Below are positions 55,381 to 64,000 of a DNA stretch of 64,000 nt, piece by piece. Both the position numbers and the translations under genes were made by a program. The stretch is from Patescibacteria group bacterium (GTDB lineage Bacteria > Patescibacteriota > Minisyncoccia > Moranbacterales > JAKLHP01): assembly GCA_043803385.1 (NCBI GenBank), contig JAZDKA010000041.1, positions 19,799-83,798 on the forward strand, read 5' to 3'. Numbering within the stretch: the stretch's first letter is position 1; each line of letters starts with the position of its first letter. The notes beneath the pieces are model-generated. The model worked only from the letters and a program-made list of their open reading frames with translations. It did no database searches and was not told where the DNA came from.

Positions 55381-55466
55381 CTGTCAACCCCGCACTAACT
55401 TTATACTGATTATTACAGGCTTTTAGCACCAAAGGTGCTGGTATAAAGTTAGTGCGGGGTCAAGCA
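55381..55466. repeat. Family E long-stem hairpin repeat copy 2 (3' of lepA)
   Basis: ctgtcaaccccgcactaacttt...aaagttagtgcggggtcaag, with a nested inner hairpin agcacc-aaa-ggtgct. Confidence 0.75.
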
Positions 55467-55504
55467 CAGATTCCTATTTTAGGCTTAGATAAAGGATAAT
55501 ATTT

Positions 55505-57304
55505 CTATTTCTTGAGAACCGCCAAGAAGGCTTCGGAAGGGATTTCTACTTTTCCGATGTTTCGCATTTTTTTCTTGCCTTTTTTCTGTTTTTCCAGCAG
55601 TTTTTTCTTGCGGGAAACGTCCCCGCCGTATAATTTTGCAATAACATCTTTACGGAAAGCTTTGATAGTTTCCCTGGCAATCACTTTAGCTCCGATTGCC
55701 GCTTGAAGCGCTACGGAAAAATTTTGCCGGGGAATAGATTCTTTTAATTTTTCAACAGTAGCCTTTCCTTCGCTGAAAGCTTTTTCTTTGGGAACGATCC
55801 GGGAAAAAGCTTCCACTTTTTCTCCAGCGACCAAAATATCAAGCCTTATTAAATCATAAGGCCGGTATCCGATCAGTTCATAACTCATCGAGGCAAAACC
55901 GGAAGTGGCGCTTTTAAGATTGTCATGGAAATTTATAATAACGTCGGCTAGCGGAGCTTCAAAGGCCAGAAGTACTCGTTCTTCGTCAAGGTATTCCGTA
56001 TTTTTATAAATTGAGCGGATAGTTCCCACGAGTTCCATTATTTGCCCGAGATAAGCCGATGGAGTGATAATATCCAGTTTTACGAATGGTTCAGAAATTT
56101 CTTCAATTACGGAAGGATCGGGCATGTCGGATGCCGAGTAAATATTTTCTATCTTGCCGGTATTTTGTATCTTTACTTCATAAACAACGCTCGGAGTAGT
56201 GATGGTCGGAAAAATATTGAATTCTCTTTTTAATCTTTCATGGATAATTTCCAGATGAAGCAATCCCAAAAATCCGCAGCGGAATCCTCTTCCCAGCGCT
56301 TTATTGCTTTCCGGCTCAAAAACAAAAGCGGCGTCATTAAGTTTAAGCTTATCCAAAGCGTCCCGCATAAAATTATAATTATCTCCTTCAATCGGATAGA
56401 AGCTGGCATAAACCATAGGTTTCACTTCTTTGTATCCGGGAAGGCTTGAGACTTGCCCTTTGAATTTCGTCAAAGTTATGGTATCTCCCACTCTTGAGTG
56501 CTCTACACTTTTGAATCCGGTGGCAATATATCCGATATCGCCAGCCTTTAAAATTTCAGAAGTTTCAAATTGCGGCTTGAAATATCCGACTTCAATTACC
56601 GTGCTTTCGTTTTTATTTTCAGTCATAAATATCTCGTTGTCTCTTTTGACTTTTCCGTCGACAATTCGAACATAAGCCACAACGCCTTTATAGGAATCAT
56701 ATTTGGAATCAAAAATAAGCGCCCGGAGCGGTTTTTCTTCATCGCCTGCCGGAGCTGGTATTTTTTCTATTATAGCTTCCAGTATTTTTTCCACGCCTTC
56801 ACCGGTTTTTCCGGAAGCCAGAAGGATTTCCTCTTCCTTGCATCCCAGAATATGAATTATTTCTTTTTTAGTTTTGGAAACATCGGCATTGGCAAGATCA
56901 ATCTTATTCACCACCGGAATTATTTCCAGCCCTTGCTCGATGGCAAGATATAAATTAGATAAAGTTTGCGCTTGGACGCCTTTGGTGGCGTCAACCAGAA
57001 GAATTGCGCCTTCAACCGCTGCCAGCGACCGCGAAACTTCATAATTAAAATCAACATGGCCGGGAGTGTCAATTAGATTCAGAATGTACTCCGCGTTAGT
57101 CCGCGATCGGTAGATGATTCTGACCGGCTGCAATTTAATGGTGATTCCTCTTTCTCTCTCTAAGTCCATCTGATCCAAAATCTGGTCTTTCATTTTCCTC
57201 TTTTCAATAGTATTGGTAAATTCCAAAAGCCGGTCGGCCAAAGTCGACTTCCCGTGATCAATATGGGCGATTATTACGAAATTTCGAACATTATTTTGAG
57301 CCAT
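55505..57304 (-). CDS. lepA: Elongation factor 4 (LepA)
   Basis: G-domain motifs AHIDHGKST, DTPGHVDF and NKID, plus the LepA C-terminal domain. Length 599 aa. Confidence 0.95.
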   Translation of the reverse strand: MAQNNVRNFVIIAHIDHGKSTLADRLLEFTNTIEKRKMKDQILDQMDLERERGITIKLQPVRIIYRSRTNAEYILNLIDTPGHVDFNYEVSRSLAAVEGAILLVDATKGVQAQTLSNLYLAIEQGLEIIPVVNKIDLANADVSKTKKEIIHILGCKEEEILLASGKTGEGVEKILEAIIEKIPAPAGDEEKPLRALIFDSKYDSYKGVVAYVRIVDGKVKRDNEIFMTENKNESTVIEVGYFKPQFETSEILKAGDIGYIATGFKSVEHSRVGDTITLTKFKGQVSSLPGYKEVKPMVYASFYPIEGDNYNFMRDALDKLKLNDAAFVFEPESNKALGRGFRCGFLGLLHLEIIHERLKREFNIFPTITTPSVVYEVKIQNTGKIENIYSASDMPDPSVIEEISEPFVKLDIITPSAYLGQIMELVGTIRSIYKNTEYLDEERVLLAFEAPLADVIINFHDNLKSATSGFASMSYELIGYRPYDLIRLDILVAGEKVEAFSRIVPKEKAFSEGKATVEKLKESIPRQNFSVALQAAIGAKVIARETIKAFRKDVIAKLYGGDVSRKKKLLEKQKKGKKKMRNIGKVEIPSEAFLAVLKK

Positions 57305-57366
57305 ATGTTCCTTATTCTATATTAAAAAAAGCCTTTTTTCAATAGGCATGGAATTTTATAAAAAAA

Positions 57367-57398
57367 TCGCCGTGGGTTCCAGTATGGGTCCCACGGCG
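57367..57398 (-). terminator. Rho-independent terminator after the purE-purC gene
   Basis: gccgtggg-ttccagtatgggt-cccacggc followed, on the minus strand, by a T-run. Confidence 0.65.
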
Positions 57399-57425
57399 GT
57401 GGTGTAAACTTATGCTTTTGTAGTG

Positions 57426-58988
57426 CTACTTTATGCTGTTACCGGTGAGTATCGTGAATATCTTCCGGTATCTATACGCCGTTTGTTCTGACACAAATGT
57501 GGGCAACTCCGGTCCTGGATAGGTTTTATCCCAGCTTAGAGTTTCGAGGTAGTCGCGGACAGGTTGCTTGTCAAGGCTATCCTGTCCTCTTCCCACTTCG
57601 TATTTTTCCATAGACCAGAACCGGGATGAATCGGGCGTAAGCATTTCATCTATGACTATGATCTCATTATTGAGCATTCCGAACTCAAGCTTTGTGTCGG
57701 CGACGATAATTCCCCTTTCCTCGGCAAACTTCGAAGCCTCGATGTATATCTTTAAGCTCAATTCCCTTATCCTTCGCGATGTCTCGGGACATATAAGCTC
57801 GCAGAGTTCAGAAAAGGTTTTGCTTTCATCATGACCTTCTTCTACTTTCGTCGTAGGAGTAAAAATCGGCTTCGAAAGCTTTTGGGATTCTTGCAATCCT
57901 GCGGGTAATTGTATTCCGCATATCATTCCAGTCTCCTGGTAGTCCTTCCATCCGGAGCCCGCCAAATATCCACGCACGACACATTCGGCGAGAATAGGCT
58001 TTGCTTTCCATACCAGCATACTACGACCTCTTAATATATCTCGATATGAATCGCAAATCTCAGGATATTTAAAAACATCCATGGAGATAAGGTGACTGCG
58101 GATGAGATCCCTGAAAAACCAGAACCAGAAGCCCGACAACTGATTCAGGACTTTCCCTTTACTCACAATTCCTGTCGGCAATACGACATCAAATGCCGAC
58201 AGGCGATCGGTGACAACTATAAGTAACTTGTCACCGAGGTCGTAAACATCCCGCACCTTTCCTCTTTTGGGAATCCCGATATCTGTGAAATTCGTTTCTC
58301 TTAATATCTCTTCTTGTATCATATCACGCCTCCTCGCGTTTTGTTGTACATATCTGTTTTCGAGAAAGTTCGTTAGTCCTTTCTTCCTGGCTATTTCAAT
58401 GGCCATTGCCAGTGCGTCCGGAAACTTCAAGCGCATTTGGGGCTTGATTGGTTTAAGTTCAATTACCGGAAGATCTTCTTCTCTATCGTTTACAGCGTGT
58501 ATGCATGCCCGAAGAAAACCCTCAGCACCAACGTAATCCCTGAAAATAACTCTGGTTCCGGGAACGTGAATTATGCTACTGATTGCCGCTTTCGTCTTTT
58601 CAGGATCCTCATCCTCAAAAGCCACTGCATAAACTCTGATATGTGAATCTTGCAGGACGTTCCGAAGAAATGCATCATCACAGCCCGAAAGATGATTCGC
58701 CCAACCTGCGCCGACGATGAGTCTGTCAACATTAGGCACAGAAGGACGATTCTGATTTCCATTGCCGCGACCAAAAATCCTGCCACAATAGCTTCTTAGG
58801 CGATGCTGCACAGCAAGTGTATGTCTATGCTGGCTGTTTATATCGAACCACCTAAGGGATATGGAGCCTTCCATTTCTTTACTGGTTAGATAATCCAGAC
58901 CCCAAATGCATTGCGGCAAATCAGAGTCCGAACCTGTCGCCGCACCGATCCGTAATTTTTGAGGTGCTAATTGCAAGTTTGTCGCCAT
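57426..58988 (-). CDS. purEC: Fusion protein: N5-CAIR mutase (PurE-like) N-terminal domain + SAICAR synthetase (PurC) C-terminal domain
   Basis: N-terminus has GAATGSDSDLP, SQHRH and LIVGAGWANHLSG (PurE signatures). C-terminal half has GKVRDVYDLGDKLLIVVTDRLSAFD (PurC signature). GC ~50%; preceded by GGAAGAGGAGAGATC-ATG. Confidence 0.7.
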   Translation of the reverse strand: MATNLQLAPQKLRIGAATGSDSDLPQCIWGLDYLTSKEMEGSISLRWFDINSQHRHTLAVQHRLRSYCGRIFGRGNGNQNRPSVPNVDRLIVGAGWANHLSGCDDAFLRNVLQDSHIRVYAVAFEDEDPEKTKAAISSIIHVPGTRVIFRDYVGAEGFLRACIHAVNDREEDLPVIELKPIKPQMRLKFPDALAMAIEIARKKGLTNFLENRYVQQNARRRDMIQEEILRETNFTDIGIPKRGKVRDVYDLGDKLLIVVTDRLSAFDVVLPTGIVSKGKVLNQLSGFWFWFFRDLIRSHLISMDVFKYPEICDSYRDILRGRSMLVWKAKPILAECVVRGYLAGSGWKDYQETGMICGIQLPAGLQESQKLSKPIFTPTTKVEEGHDESKTFSELCELICPETSRRIRELSLKIYIEASKFAEERGIIVADTKLEFGMLNNEIIVIDEMLTPDSSRFWSMEKYEVGRGQDSLDKQPVRDYLETLSWDKTYPGPELPTFVSEQTAYRYRKIFTILTGNSIK

Positions 58989-59036
58989 GATCTCTCCTCT
59001 TCCTTTTATAGTTTATTTTCGGCTTCGCGCCGAGTT

Positions 59037-60368
59037 TTATGCGACCTTGTTAAATCTTTCGAATATTTCGTCCACATACTTCAGATTCATCTCCGGATTA
59101 AAACATTCTTCGATTTCTGTGGTTGACAGCAGATTGGAGATTTCAGGGTGACTTTTGACCAGATCGCGGAAACTTTCGTCCTTAGCATTAACAAAGATTC
59201 CGCGCTGGACTGATTTTGCCAGTCCCTCCAGCAGATCATAAGCTATATCCCTGGGCATTGCCTTTTTGGTAAGAGCGATCATAAGTTGCTGGGCAAAAAC
59301 AATGCCGCCGGTTTTCCAAAGATTTCTATTCATTTGTTCAGGAAAGACCTCTAGTTTTTCCATAACAGTTGAAAAACGATCAAGCATGAAATCCAGCAGA
59401 GTTGTAGAATCCGGAATAAAGATTCTTTCCAGAGCGGAATTATCCAAAGATCTTTCGCACCAGAGATTTTCATCCTCGTTTGCCATAACGAGATAACCTC
59501 TCATTGCTTTAGCTAGTCCGCAAGTATTCTCGCTCTTAATGGGATTACGGAGAAAACTTTTTCCAGGCATGGCTGAAGAACCCTTAGCTGTATCCTTTTT
59601 ATATTCGGCAACTTCGCTTAAATCCGTTCCAGCCAAATGTCTTATTTCTGTGGCGAATCTATCCAACGAATTGGAAACACCGACCAGGCAGCTTATATAT
59701 CTGACCAGTAGATCGCGGCTTATAACTTGGTTGGAAATTTTGGCTGGTTTCAATCCGAGGAGTTTGCAAGCAATCCTTTCAATCTCGGGATTTAATGAAT
59801 ATTTTCCTACGGCTCCGGAAATCTTGCCAACTCTGATTTCTTCTCTGGCTGATCGCATTCTAGCCAGATGACGGTCCAATACATCAACCCAGTTGATTAG
59901 CTTTAAACCGAAGGTGATTGGCTCGGCATGGATAAAATGTGTCCGGCCTATCATAATTGTGTGCTTGTGCTCAAGTGCTCGGTGAAATACGACGGTCCGG
60001 AGTCTTTTGACTTGTTCGATCAGTATATCCATAGCCTCGACTAGAAGCATGGCCAATGCCGTGTCTTCAATGTCAAAAGAAGTAACTCCAGTGTGGTAAT
60101 AGATTTTGGTCGATTCATCCAGCAGTTCGGAAACTGCAAGTATAAAGGCGATCATGTCGTGGTCGCCCAATGCCTCGAGTTCATCTGCTCGCTGTAAGAT
60201 TTCCGAAGTGATGACTATTCTTTGTGCGTTTTTATAAACTATCGCGGGTATATTTTCACGCCGTGTCCTAGCCATGAGAATAGCAACCTCAACATTATGC
60301 CAGTAAGTTTTCTTTTTTAACTCTTCCCAAAGTTCCCCCATCGGTTTTCTAGTGTATCTTTCAATCAT
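59037..60368 (-). CDS. purB: Adenylosuccinate lyase
   Basis: A 443-aa fumarase/aspartase-fold protein; the conserved region includes ...GSSAMPGK... Strong SD (AAGGAGGTTATT-ATG). Confidence 0.85.
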   Translation of the reverse strand: MIERYTRKPMGELWEELKKKTYWHNVEVAILMARTRRENIPAIVYKNAQRIVITSEILQRADELEALGDHDMIAFILAVSELLDESTKIYYHTGVTSFDIEDTALAMLLVEAMDILIEQVKRLRTVVFHRALEHKHTIMIGRTHFIHAEPITFGLKLINWVDVLDRHLARMRSAREEIRVGKISGAVGKYSLNPEIERIACKLLGLKPAKISNQVISRDLLVRYISCLVGVSNSLDRFATEIRHLAGTDLSEVAEYKKDTAKGSSAMPGKSFLRNPIKSENTCGLAKAMRGYLVMANEDENLWCERSLDNSALERIFIPDSTTLLDFMLDRFSTVMEKLEVFPEQMNRNLWKTGGIVFAQQLMIALTKKAMPRDIAYDLLEGLAKSVQRGIFVNAKDESFRDLVKSHPEISNLLSTTEIEECFNPEMNLKYVDEIFERFNKVA

Positions 60369-60530
60369 AATAACCTCCTTATGTCCTTAAGATTAAAGGC
60401 CGAAAAGCCTTTTTGAAACAAATCTATATTGTCAAAGGACCAAAAAACCAAGCAAAAACTTGGTCCTCCTCGATAATTTAAAGATAGCAAATGTTGATAA
60501 AAAAGCAAGGAATTTTTATAGCTGTATCGT

Positions 60531-60564
60531 ATAACATATTCCGTCGGTTGACGGAATATGTTAT
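60531..60564. promoter_or_regulatory. 15-bp-stem perfect palindrome ataacatattccgtc-ggtt-gacggaatatgttat upstream of purB (candidate operator)
   Basis: Seen in sequence. No adjacent T-run, so it is not a canonical terminator. Confidence 0.35.
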
Positions 60565-60650
60565 AAAAAAATCTTTACTTATTGCTAATCGGCATTAAAT
60601 GAAGAATAAAATATTTAGATAATTTTGATTTTTGCACTTTGCATTTTCTA

Positions 60651-62294
60651 TTACATTCCGTCCGTTTCCTCGGTGATTTCAGAGATCGGCTCCTTAACTC
60701 TGAAAAGTTTTCTGGAAATTGAGTTTTTGAAGTGGAAAAATTCTTCGACTTTAAAAACCCAGCTCATAAAAAGAAATACGATAATTCCCATTCCTCCGGA
60801 AATGACAAGTTGTGAAAAAATTCCGATAAAGGTGTCGATGTTGGCAACTCTATTTATCGCGTATTTTAGCATCTGGGTAATAAATCCGGCAATAATCGCA
60901 GCCAAAAGTATTCTCGAGATTGAATTCAAGATATGTTTTTCATCCAAATTACCTATCTTTTTTCGAAGTATCGCAAAAAGGAGCGCCATATTAATTATGC
61001 TGGCTGCTGAAAAAGCAATTGCCAGTCCTGATACGGCGTAATTCTTTATTAAGATTATCACTAAAATAATATTTACCGCTTCGCTGGCGAGCGCTACATA
61101 AAAAGGAGTTTTGGTATTATGAATAGCATAAAAAGCTCTGGCCAGAAGCGGGATGAGGCACTGGGCAAACAAGCTCGCGGTGAGGAATCCCAAAGTTTCA
61201 AAAGTAAGTACTGTATCTTCCCAATTAAATTGTCCTGCTCCCAAAATAACACGCACAAGCTGGGCTCTTAGCAACAGCATCAGGATGCTTAATGGAATAA
61301 TAAAAAACAATATCCTTCGAAAAACTTTGGAAAAATTTTGTATGAATTCATCATTCATTCCTTTTGCATAAGCGGCGCTTAGGGTCGGAAAAACCGCTAC
61401 GGCAAAAGAAACTCCAAAAAGGCCCAGCGGGAAGCTCTGGATATTATTGGCAAAATTAAAAATCGCCAGGCTTCCTGAAGCCAAAGTGGAAGCAAAAATA
61501 GTTATCACCAGAAAATTTACCTGGCTTACCGCGATTCCCATCGTCCTGGGAATCATTAATCGCGCTATTCTTCTGATATTTTCATTTCTGAAAACTCCGA
61601 AGAGAACGGGCTTGAATTTAAAACCGGAGAATTTGACTGCCGGATACTGGATAAGCATATGCATAAAAGCTCCGAGAACTACTCCGACAGCCAGTCCTGC
61701 GGGTCCCATAAGCTTTACAAAAAACAGAGCCCCGATAATTATTCCGACATTATACATTATCGGCGCGATGGAATAGATGAGAAAATTTTTGAGTGAAACT
61801 AAAACCCCGCCAAAAATAGCGCTGATTCCCAAAAATACGGGACTTAGAAACATTATCCGCGTAAGCGTTATTGCCAAATCTATTTTTTCCCCTGAAAATC
61901 CGGGAGTAATAAGGTGCATAATAAAAGGAGCAAATATCGCCAAGATTCCCGCTACGATAATCAAAGCAAGAATGATAATATTCATCATTCCGGAAACTAG
62001 CTCCCATGCCTCATCTTTTTTTTCATTAGAAACAAGACTAGTAAAAACAGGAATAAAAGCGGCGCTTAAAGCCCCGAGGATTAATAAGTTATATAATAGA
62101 TCCGGAATTCTGAATGCGGCATAATAAGCATCAAGAGTATCTCCGGCTCCAAACTGGGAAGCTAAAATTCTGTCTCGGAATAATCCCAAGAATCGGCTGG
62201 CAAAACCAGAAACGGCAATAATAAAAGCCGCAGCGGTAATTGACTCCGTGGGTTTGCCGTTGAATATTTTGTTATTAGTTAGTTTTTGTATCAT
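60651..62294 (-). CDS. murJ: Lipid II flippase MurJ/MviN
   Basis: A 547-aa protein with ~14 TM helices. N-terminus ...GFASRFLGLFRDRILASQFGAGDTLDAYYAAFRIPD is typical of MurJ. Confidence 0.85.
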   Translation of the reverse strand: MIQKLTNNKIFNGKPTESITAAAFIIAVSGFASRFLGLFRDRILASQFGAGDTLDAYYAAFRIPDLLYNLLILGALSAAFIPVFTSLVSNEKKDEAWELVSGMMNIIILALIIVAGILAIFAPFIMHLITPGFSGEKIDLAITLTRIMFLSPVFLGISAIFGGVLVSLKNFLIYSIAPIMYNVGIIIGALFFVKLMGPAGLAVGVVLGAFMHMLIQYPAVKFSGFKFKPVLFGVFRNENIRRIARLMIPRTMGIAVSQVNFLVITIFASTLASGSLAIFNFANNIQSFPLGLFGVSFAVAVFPTLSAAYAKGMNDEFIQNFSKVFRRILFFIIPLSILMLLLRAQLVRVILGAGQFNWEDTVLTFETLGFLTASLFAQCLIPLLARAFYAIHNTKTPFYVALASEAVNIILVIILIKNYAVSGLAIAFSAASIINMALLFAILRKKIGNLDEKHILNSISRILLAAIIAGFITQMLKYAINRVANIDTFIGIFSQLVISGGMGIIVFLFMSWVFKVEEFFHFKNSISRKLFRVKEPISEITEETDGM

Positions 62295-62338
62295 CTCTAC
62301 GAATTACGAATCTGTACAAATATACGAATGTACGAATT
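62295..62338. repeat. Partial family A repeat (tctacgaattacgaatctgtacaaatatacgaatgtacgaatt)
   Basis: Matches the left half of 7210-7302. Confidence 0.6.
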
Positions 62339-64000
62339 TTAGTTGTTTATTATCACATTACTTTTCGTAAAAACCAATCCAATAAATCTGTCTACATCTA
62401 ACTTTGTCTCTAGTCTCAAACTGCTATCTCCTTTCTCAATATTATTTTCCGGATAATTCCAGATATCTTTATAATTTTTTGGAAATTTTATGTCCGAGAT
62501 AAAATTGCTTCCAATACTTCCTGACTGTTTTTGAACAAGCAAAGAATAAGAATCAGCTTCAGTTTTTTCGCTGTTCAAATTTATTTTGAAAGGAAGGAGA
62601 TATTTATACCTTAAAACCATTGTTTCTTTAGGACTCACATAGGTCCAGTTGGCAAAAACTGTTTTTCCCGAATCTTCATAAATTCTTGTTCCTGAATTTT
62701 CATCAATTAGCACATTTCCTTCTTCTTTTTGCACCAGGGGATCTTTTTTGAATCCCAGGCTATCATAATCAAGCGGAGGATTGACTGTCTCTCTGGTTTG
62801 CCCTTCTGCTTCAAGGAGTTTTGCGCCAAGCGGCACATAAACTCTCATATAATCAGCGTTCACCTTATTCCACCATTCATAATCAGTGTCGCCTCCATTA
62901 TGATGCCGTGTAATCGTTACTGTGTCAATGATTGTTCCGTCGTTTTGAATCTCCGCTATGTGTTCTATTTTTTCATCTATCACCCCGTCAGTTTTAAAAC
63001 CGTTAATGTTAGTATTTATTACGCTCAAATAATCTTTTTGCGTGTCTAAAATTTCTCCCGACCATCCTTTTTCTGAAATTATTTTTTGGAGATCTTCGTT
63101 TTGGGAATAAAAAAGGACGTGCTTTTGTGCTAGCCCTTCAGAAAAAGCCTCAAAAATGCCTGCTATGCTTTTTGCATCGCGGGCGTTGAAAATTCTGTCC
63201 AAAATAATTGGAGCAAGGTCTGATAATATTTTTTTCGGCTTATTCTCTTCTTTGTCATAATCAACTTCTACTTCGTACTGCGTTTTTTCAATGAAATTTT
63301 CGGAATCGATGGTAACATCATAATCTTTCATTTCGATTGGTCCGGTTATTTTTAGAAGTTCCTGCATTATTGTCGGAGTGAGGGTTATTACTCCGTCTGC
63401 TGTTGGTCCGCCTGTTTTTTCGTAAAAATCCATTGCCTTTTTAGCTGAAGTTGGGAAGTCGGGAAACCAGTTGCTGTCATGAAGGCTCCAAGCCGCGCTG
63501 ATTTTTTGGATTGGTTTTGGAGGAACTATTTTTTCCTGGAGCTGCCCATCGGGATTAAAAATTCCGTCAATGAAAAAATTACGGATTCTTCCTTCCGAAA
63601 TATCCATAATCCCGTAGCTTCCGATAAATCCTCCGGTAGCTCTCATTTCCTGATTGTTCTGAAAGAGAAAAAGATATTTTCTCGGCCCGTTTCCTCCCAG
63701 AAGATCGGAAAATATTTCGCTATTGCCCAGAAAATTTTTGACAAACTGCCTGATCGAGGGCAGTTTTTCTTTTATAGCTGAAAATTGTTCGCGCTTGTCT
63801 TCAGGAAGGTCGTCAACATTTATTTTATCGATATTTTCTTGGATCTGGTCTAATTCCGCACTCACTATTTTAATGTCTTTTTCCGAGGACTTGAAAATTT
63901 CAAGGAAAGAAATATTATTGTTGCCTTTTTCGCCGAGCGGATTTTGAAGATAACTCACTTTTTTTATTATTTCATTCAGCGATTGTCCAGCAATAGCAAT
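62339..64000 (-). CDS. DUF4012 domain protein (5' end outside the window)
   Basis: YLFLFQNNQEMRATGGFIGSYG signature. The reading frame stays open upstream of the GTG chosen by the ORF track, all the way to the window edge. Confidence 0.6.
   Translation of the reverse strand: MAIAGQSLNEIIKKVSYLQNPLGEKGNNNISFLEIFKSSEKDIKIVSAELDQIQENIDKINVDDLPEDKREQFSAIKEKLPSIRQFVKNFLGNSEIFSDLLGGNGPRKYLFLFQNNQEMRATGGFIGSYGIMDISEGRIRNFFIDGIFNPDGQLQEKIVPPKPIQKISAAWSLHDSNWFPDFPTSAKKAMDFYEKTGGPTADGVITLTPTIMQELLKITGPIEMKDYDVTIDSENFIEKTQYEVEVDYDKEENKPKKILSDLAPIILDRIFNARDAKSIAGIFEAFSEGLAQKHVLFYSQNEDLQKIISEKGWSGEILDTQKDYLSVINTNINGFKTDGVIDEKIEHIAEIQNDGTIIDTVTITRHHNGGDTDYEWWNKVNADYMRVYVPLGAKLLEAEGQTRETVNPPLDYDSLGFKKDPLVQKEEGNVLIDENSGTRIYEDSGKTVFANWTYVSPKETMVLRYKYLLPFKINLNSEKTEADSYSLLVQKQSGSIGSNFISDIKFPKNYKDIWNYPENNIEKGDSSLRLETKLDVDRFIGLVFTKSNVIINN

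Noticed and set aside
60420-60475. Hairpin aggaccaa...ttggtcct upstream of purB as a riboswitch or terminator
   Set aside because: It is a single short stem with an A-rich bulge, no flanking conserved motif and no T-run. Insufficient evidence.
1-64000. Autonomous transposase, integrase or reverse transcriptase associated with the repeat families
   Set aside because: None of the ORFs shows DDE, tyrosine/serine recombinase or RT motifs. The repeats are therefore treated as non-autonomous (MITE/REP/RPE-like) elements.

Overview
Bacterial chromosomal window with low GC, very short intergenic spacers, and almost no Shine-Dalgarno (SD) motifs on housekeeping genes. Gene content (mreBCD-mrdA, groES without groEL, rml cluster, many tiny spacers) looks like a reduced CPR/Patescibacteria-like genome. 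Recognisable genes: secA 3' end, SET-domain protein, murI, mreB-mreC-mreD-mrdA, groES (CIRCE operator + sigma70 promoter), def-fmt, priA, ligT, gltX, iscR-iscS-iscU, pyrH, HIT, rpmA, pyrG, rplI, galU + rmlABCD polysaccharide cluster with Wzz-like and GT4 genes, sortase + LPXTG substrate, two tandem HtrA paralogues (one catalytically dead), ferredoxin, PpiC-type isomerase, ftsB, lepA, a purE-purC fusion + purB, murJ, and a 5'-truncated DUF4012 gene. No rRNA, tRNA or CRISPR arrays were seen. The most unusual content is not a single operon. It is (1) at least eight families of short palindromic MITE-like repeats, one of which is inserted in-frame inside several protein-coding genes and translated (Rickettsia-RPE-like), and another that sits immediately upstream of five start codons like a portable promoter/leader. 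(2) About 10 genes with strong AGGAGG SD motifs and elevated GC, apparently acquired horizontally; they include a purE-purC-purB purine module and two short, cassette-like ORFs each followed by a conserved ~80-bp element. (3) Signs of gene decay: a pyrC remnant, a triad-dead HtrA, a PriA with a degenerate Walker A. Coordinates may be off by 1-2 nt because they were derived by hand.
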